A stretch of DNA of 62,908 bases, the filler included. It is 5 parts of 5 records of this genome, joined end to end, with 100 filler letters (N's around TTAATTAATTAA, not from the genome) between each part and the next. Parts side by side here need not be neighbours in the genome. Positions count along the whole stretch, not along the records: positions 50,989 to 62,908 come from SRR20825010_2513; 4 more parts are not named here. One strand, 5' to 3'. Positions 59,938 through 62,908 of this stretch are shown here, one piece after another. The notes under the pieces are model-generated. The model worked only from the letters and a program-made list of their open reading frames with translations, was not told where the DNA came from and ran no database searches. The position numbers were made by a program, and so were the translations under genes. Every line of letters begins with the position of its first letter. Position 1 is the first letter of the stretch.

Positions 59938-60900
59938 ATGAGTGATCGTAAGGGGCTGTTCAATACGTCGGCCTATGGCGGGCCGGGCTGGTCCGGGCGG
60001 GAACGTACCCATCGCGAGGAGATCGGCGATCTCTGGGCGCCGTCGGGTATCGATACAGAATGGGCACCGCTGAAAAGCGTGATCATGCATCGCCCGGGTG
60101 CCGAGCTGGATATTTCCCACAACGATCCGGACGCCGTGCAGATGCTGGCGCCGGTGGACCTCGGCCTGGCCCGTGCCCAGCATGACGGGATCGCGGAGGC
60201 CTACCGGGCGCAGGGCGTCGAGGTGCATTACGTCGACCCGCCTGCAACCCCGACGCCGAACCAGATGTTCTGTGCCGATCTGTTCGTGATGACACCGGAA
60301 GGCGCCATTCTGGCCCGCCCGGCATCGACGGTGCGGGCAGGCGAGGAGCGTCTGATCGCGCGGCGGTTGGCCGATATGGGCGTGCCGATTCTGCGGACCC
60401 TGCGCGGCATGGCTCTGTTCGAGGGCGCGGATGCGATGTGGCTTGATCCGGAGACGGTGATGGTTGGCATGGGGCAGCGCACCAATGCCGAGGCCGTGGC
60501 CCAGATCGACGAGGCTCTGATCGAGATGGGCGTCGAAGTGCTGCCGGTCGACATGCCGTTTGGCTGCATGCATTTCATGGGGCTGCTGCGGATCGTCGAC
60601 AAGGATCTTGCCGTTTGCTGGTGGCGCCGCACGCCGCATGCCACGGTGCGGGCTCTGGAAGAGCGCGGCTATGAGATCGTCTGGCTGCCGGAAGGCCCGG
60701 ATCTTGAGCTGAACCGGGCGATGAACATCGTCACCCTGGCACCGCGCAAGATCCTGATGTGTGCCGGATATGACAGCGTGCAGAAGACTTATGAAGATGC
60801 CGGGATCGAATGCGTGACGGTGGATTGCTCGGAACTGGTGAAAGCCGCCGGGGCCATGGGCTGTCTCACCGGCGTGGTTCACCGCGAGGCGGTTTCCTGA
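59938..60900 (+). CDS. Amidinotransferase/DDAH (pentein) family protein
   Basis: HRPG.E, PNQMFCAD, R.GE, FEGAD, RTN, MHF, KAAGAMGCLT. Confidence 0.85.
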   Translation: MSDRKGLFNTSAYGGPGWSGRERTHREEIGDLWAPSGIDTEWAPLKSVIMHRPGAELDISHNDPDAVQMLAPVDLGLARAQHDGIAEAYRAQGVEVHYVDPPATPTPNQMFCADLFVMTPEGAILARPASTVRAGEERLIARRLADMGVPILRTLRGMALFEGADAMWLDPETVMVGMGQRTNAEAVAQIDEALIEMGVEVLPVDMPFGCMHFMGLLRIVDKDLAVCWWRRTPHATVRALEERGYEIVWLPEGPDLELNRAMNIVTLAPRKILMCAGYDSVQKTYEDAGIECVTVDCSELVKAAGAMGCLTGVVHREAVS

Positions 60901-60926
60901 CGCTTTAACGGCAAAGGCCGCGTTGC

Positions 60927-61151
60927 TCAGAAGTCGGTGACGCGGCCTTTATGTTCCCAATCGCCAAACCGGGTCGGCTCGGGCCCGTCATAGCCGCCGA
61001 ACTCTTCGGACTCTAGCGGGCCTTTCGTCTCCGGCTTCAATTGAGGCGGTGTGACGAAGGTTCCCGCATCAACAGATTTCGGTGCCTTGTCCGGTGACGG
61101 TTTCGTGCCGCTGACGGTGACTTGCGTGAAAGTGCGTTTGCTCTCGCTCAT
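60927..61151 (-). CDS. DUF1674 / SdhAF4(Sdh8)-like small protein
   Basis: C-terminal GG.DGPEPTRFGDWE.KGRVTDF signature. Confidence 0.88.
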   Translation of the reverse strand: MSESKRTFTQVTVSGTKPSPDKAPKSVDAGTFVTPPQLKPETKGPLESEEFGGYDGPEPTRFGDWEHKGRVTDF

Positions 61152-61188
61152 GGAGCATATATGCCCCTTCGGAAGCGCCGCGCCAAGT

Positions 61189-61217
61189 CTTGATACGCTC
61201 CCCGTGATGCCCATTTA
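61189..61217 (+). promoter_or_regulatory. RpoH (sigma32)-type promoter of htpX
   Basis: CTTG-N17-CCCATTT matches the alphaproteobacterial heat-shock consensus. Confidence 0.65.
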
Positions 61218-61268
61218 ACATTCGTTCCGGCTGCGTTGCCGGATAATGGAAATCTTCAAGAGGGATCG

Positions 61269-62132
61269 ATGGGCTACGCTCGTACCGCTTTGCTTCTGGC
61301 CGGAATGACGGCGCTGTTTCTCGGCGTCGGCTACATGCTTGGCGGCGAGGCGGGAATGATGATCGCGCTGGTCTTCGCGGCCGGCATGAATCTCTTCACC
61401 TACTGGAATGCCGACAAGATGGTGCTCGGCATGTATGGCGCGCGGGAAATCAGCCGCGCCGACCTGCCATGGTTCCATGACATGATCAAGCATCTAGCGG
61501 TCCGGGCGGAATTGCCGATGCCGAAGGTCTATCTGATCGAACAGGATCAGCCGAACGCCTTCGCTACCGGACGGAACCCGGAAAACGCGGCGGTGGCGGC
61601 AACACGCGGCCTGCTGCAGCGGATGAGCCATGAAGAAGTCGCTGGTGTGATGGCGCACGAGCTGGCGCACGTGAAGAACCGCGATACCCTGATCATGACC
61701 ATCACGGCGACTATCGCCGGTGCCATCTCCATGCTGGCCAATTTCGCGCTGTTCTTCGGCAACAACCGGAACAACCCGCTGGGCCTGATCGGCACGCTGG
61801 CGATGATGTTCCTGGCGCCGATGGCGGCGATGCTGGTGCAGATGGCGATCAGCCGCTCACGAGAATACGAGGCCGACCGGATCGGTGCGGAAATCTGTGG
61901 CCGTCCACTCTGGCTCGCTTCTGCCCTGGGCAAGCTGGAGAAGGGCGCGGCGGCAATCGACAATCACGCCGCCGAACGCAACCCGGCGACCGCGCATATG
62001 TTTATCATCAATCCCCTGCATGCGAACGCGGTGGACAGCCTGTTCTCCACTCATCCGAACACGCAGAACAGGATCGCGGCCCTGCAGCGGATGGCGGGGG
62101 CGGCAAATACCAGCAGAGGGCCGTGGGGCTGA
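61269..62132 (+). CDS. htpX: Zinc metalloprotease HtpX
   Basis: [31 protein letters not shown]. Confidence 0.95.
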   Translation: MGYARTALLLAGMTALFLGVGYMLGGEAGMMIALVFAAGMNLFTYWNADKMVLGMYGAREISRADLPWFHDMIKHLAVRAELPMPKVYLIEQDQPNAFATGRNPENAAVAATRGLLQRMSHEEVAGVMAHELAHVKNRDTLIMTITATIAGAISMLANFALFFGNNRNNPLGLIGTLAMMFLAPMAAMLVQMAISRSREYEADRIGAEICGRPLWLASALGKLEKGAAAIDNHAAERNPATAHMFIINPLHANAVDSLFSTHPNTQNRIAALQRMAGAANTSRGPWG

Positions 62133-62137
62133 ACCGC

Positions 62138-62908
62138 TTAAGCTGGTGTGTCGGTCATGTGATCGGACAGCTCGTTCAGCAGGCGCATGACCTCCTGTGA
62201 CGCTTCCCCGGCATCCCAGACCAGACGTATTGCCCCATCAAGATCGCCCGTCATAAAGGTTTCGGCGGCGGCGATGCCCGCGCGGTGGACTTCCTTGTGA
62301 GGCGCAATAAGGGCCGCCCATGCAGGATGGCCGGTCAGGCGTGGGTCTTTTTGTGAATCGTACCACTTACCCAATCTGCAACTATGGTGATCCGCAAGCT
62401 CATCGGGTTTGAGGAACGCGCGCCCGGCGAGCATCTGGGCAAGCCGGCGCATCCAGATCATATGGTCCGACTTCGCCGCATGGATCGTTGCATTAGGGGT
62501 TCCGTCCTGCACGAATGCATCGATGCTGGTTGAGATGATCGGCGCGGTCCGTTCGAGCGATGTAATGGCGCCGTCGATCAACGACACATTCTCCGCACTC
62601 ATCCGGGCGATAACGCCGATGCCACCCGCAATTTCCTCGGTTGCGGATTGTTGTTCGATCAGAATGCCGGAAATCTCCTCCATGCGGTCCGTAACGGAGC
62701 TGATGCCGACAGCAAGGCGCTCCATTTCCGAGCCTGCGGTCTCGATGGACTGCCGTCCGGTTTCCACCGTTTCCGCGCCTGATTTCATGACGGTGACAAT
62801 TGTGTCCATCTCCGACCGAAGATCGGTGATGCGTGAGCGGATATCGTCCGTGGCTTCGGCCGTCTGGTTGGCGAGGGTCTTGACCTCGCCCGCGACGACG
62901 GCAAATCC
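62138..62908 (-). CDS. Methyl-accepting chemotaxis protein with C-terminal CZB zinc-binding domain, 5' part outside window
   Basis: GFAVVAGEVKTLANQT signalling hairpin. CZB motifs DHMIW...DHHSCRLGKWY...HKEVH. Confidence 0.9.
   Translation of the reverse strand, partial: GFAVVAGEVKTLANQTAEATDDIRSRITDLRSEMDTIVTVMKSGAETVETGRQSIETAGSEMERLAVGISSVTDRMEEISGILIEQQSATEEIAGGIGVIARMSAENVSLIDGAITSLERTAPIISTSIDAFVQDGTPNATIHAAKSDHMIWMRRLAQMLAGRAFLKPDELADHHSCRLGKWYDSQKDPRLTGHPAWAALIAPHKEVHRAGIAAAETFMTGDLDGAIRLVWDAGEASQEVMRLLNELSDHMTDTPA

Overview
This window is not one locus. It is five contigs joined by 100-nt N-TTAATTAATTAA-N linkers (24248-24347, 30353-30452, 37335-37434, 50889-50988), and they probably come from several marine Proteobacteria. 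Contig 1 (1-24247, alphaproteobacterial) is mostly housekeeping: methylmalonyl-CoA mutase, tRNA-Pro(GGG), ihfA/plsX/bamE, hppA, the rpiB-glyA-nrdR-rib-nusB-thiL cluster, mucR, hemA, an LdtR-like MarR regulator and hemB. It also holds an unusual Rieske fusion protein divergent from a SufR-like regulator. Contig 2 is the start of a hybrid NRPS/PKS cluster: a formyltransferase-like domain, a Gly-type A domain interrupted by a luciferase-like monooxygenase, a PCP, then a hybrid KS. Contig 3 has ftsK, lolA and a gamma-glutamyl-polyamine pathway split by an alkylglycerol-monooxygenase-like gene and a TetR regulator. Contig 4 is gammaproteobacterial (Marinobacter-like): hinT, ubiF, mscS, mnmH, cysZ, rapA, fadE, crcB and cspA, plus a CsrB/RsmZ-type sRNA missed by the ORF track. 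Contig 5 (alphaproteobacterial) has a MATE pump with a putative leaderless-peptide attenuator, a YHS protein paired with a His-to-Glu pseudo-histidine kinase, an HMG-CoA lyase/CoA-transferase/pentein operon, htpX and a CZB chemoreceptor. The best candidates for undescribed systems are the Rieske/4-His-HxxK oxygenase-like fusion with its regulator and double operator, the YHS/pseudokinase pair, the NRPS/PKS starter module, the Csr-type sRNA and the MATE leader. All calls come from reading motifs by eye. No database searches or folding computations were run.
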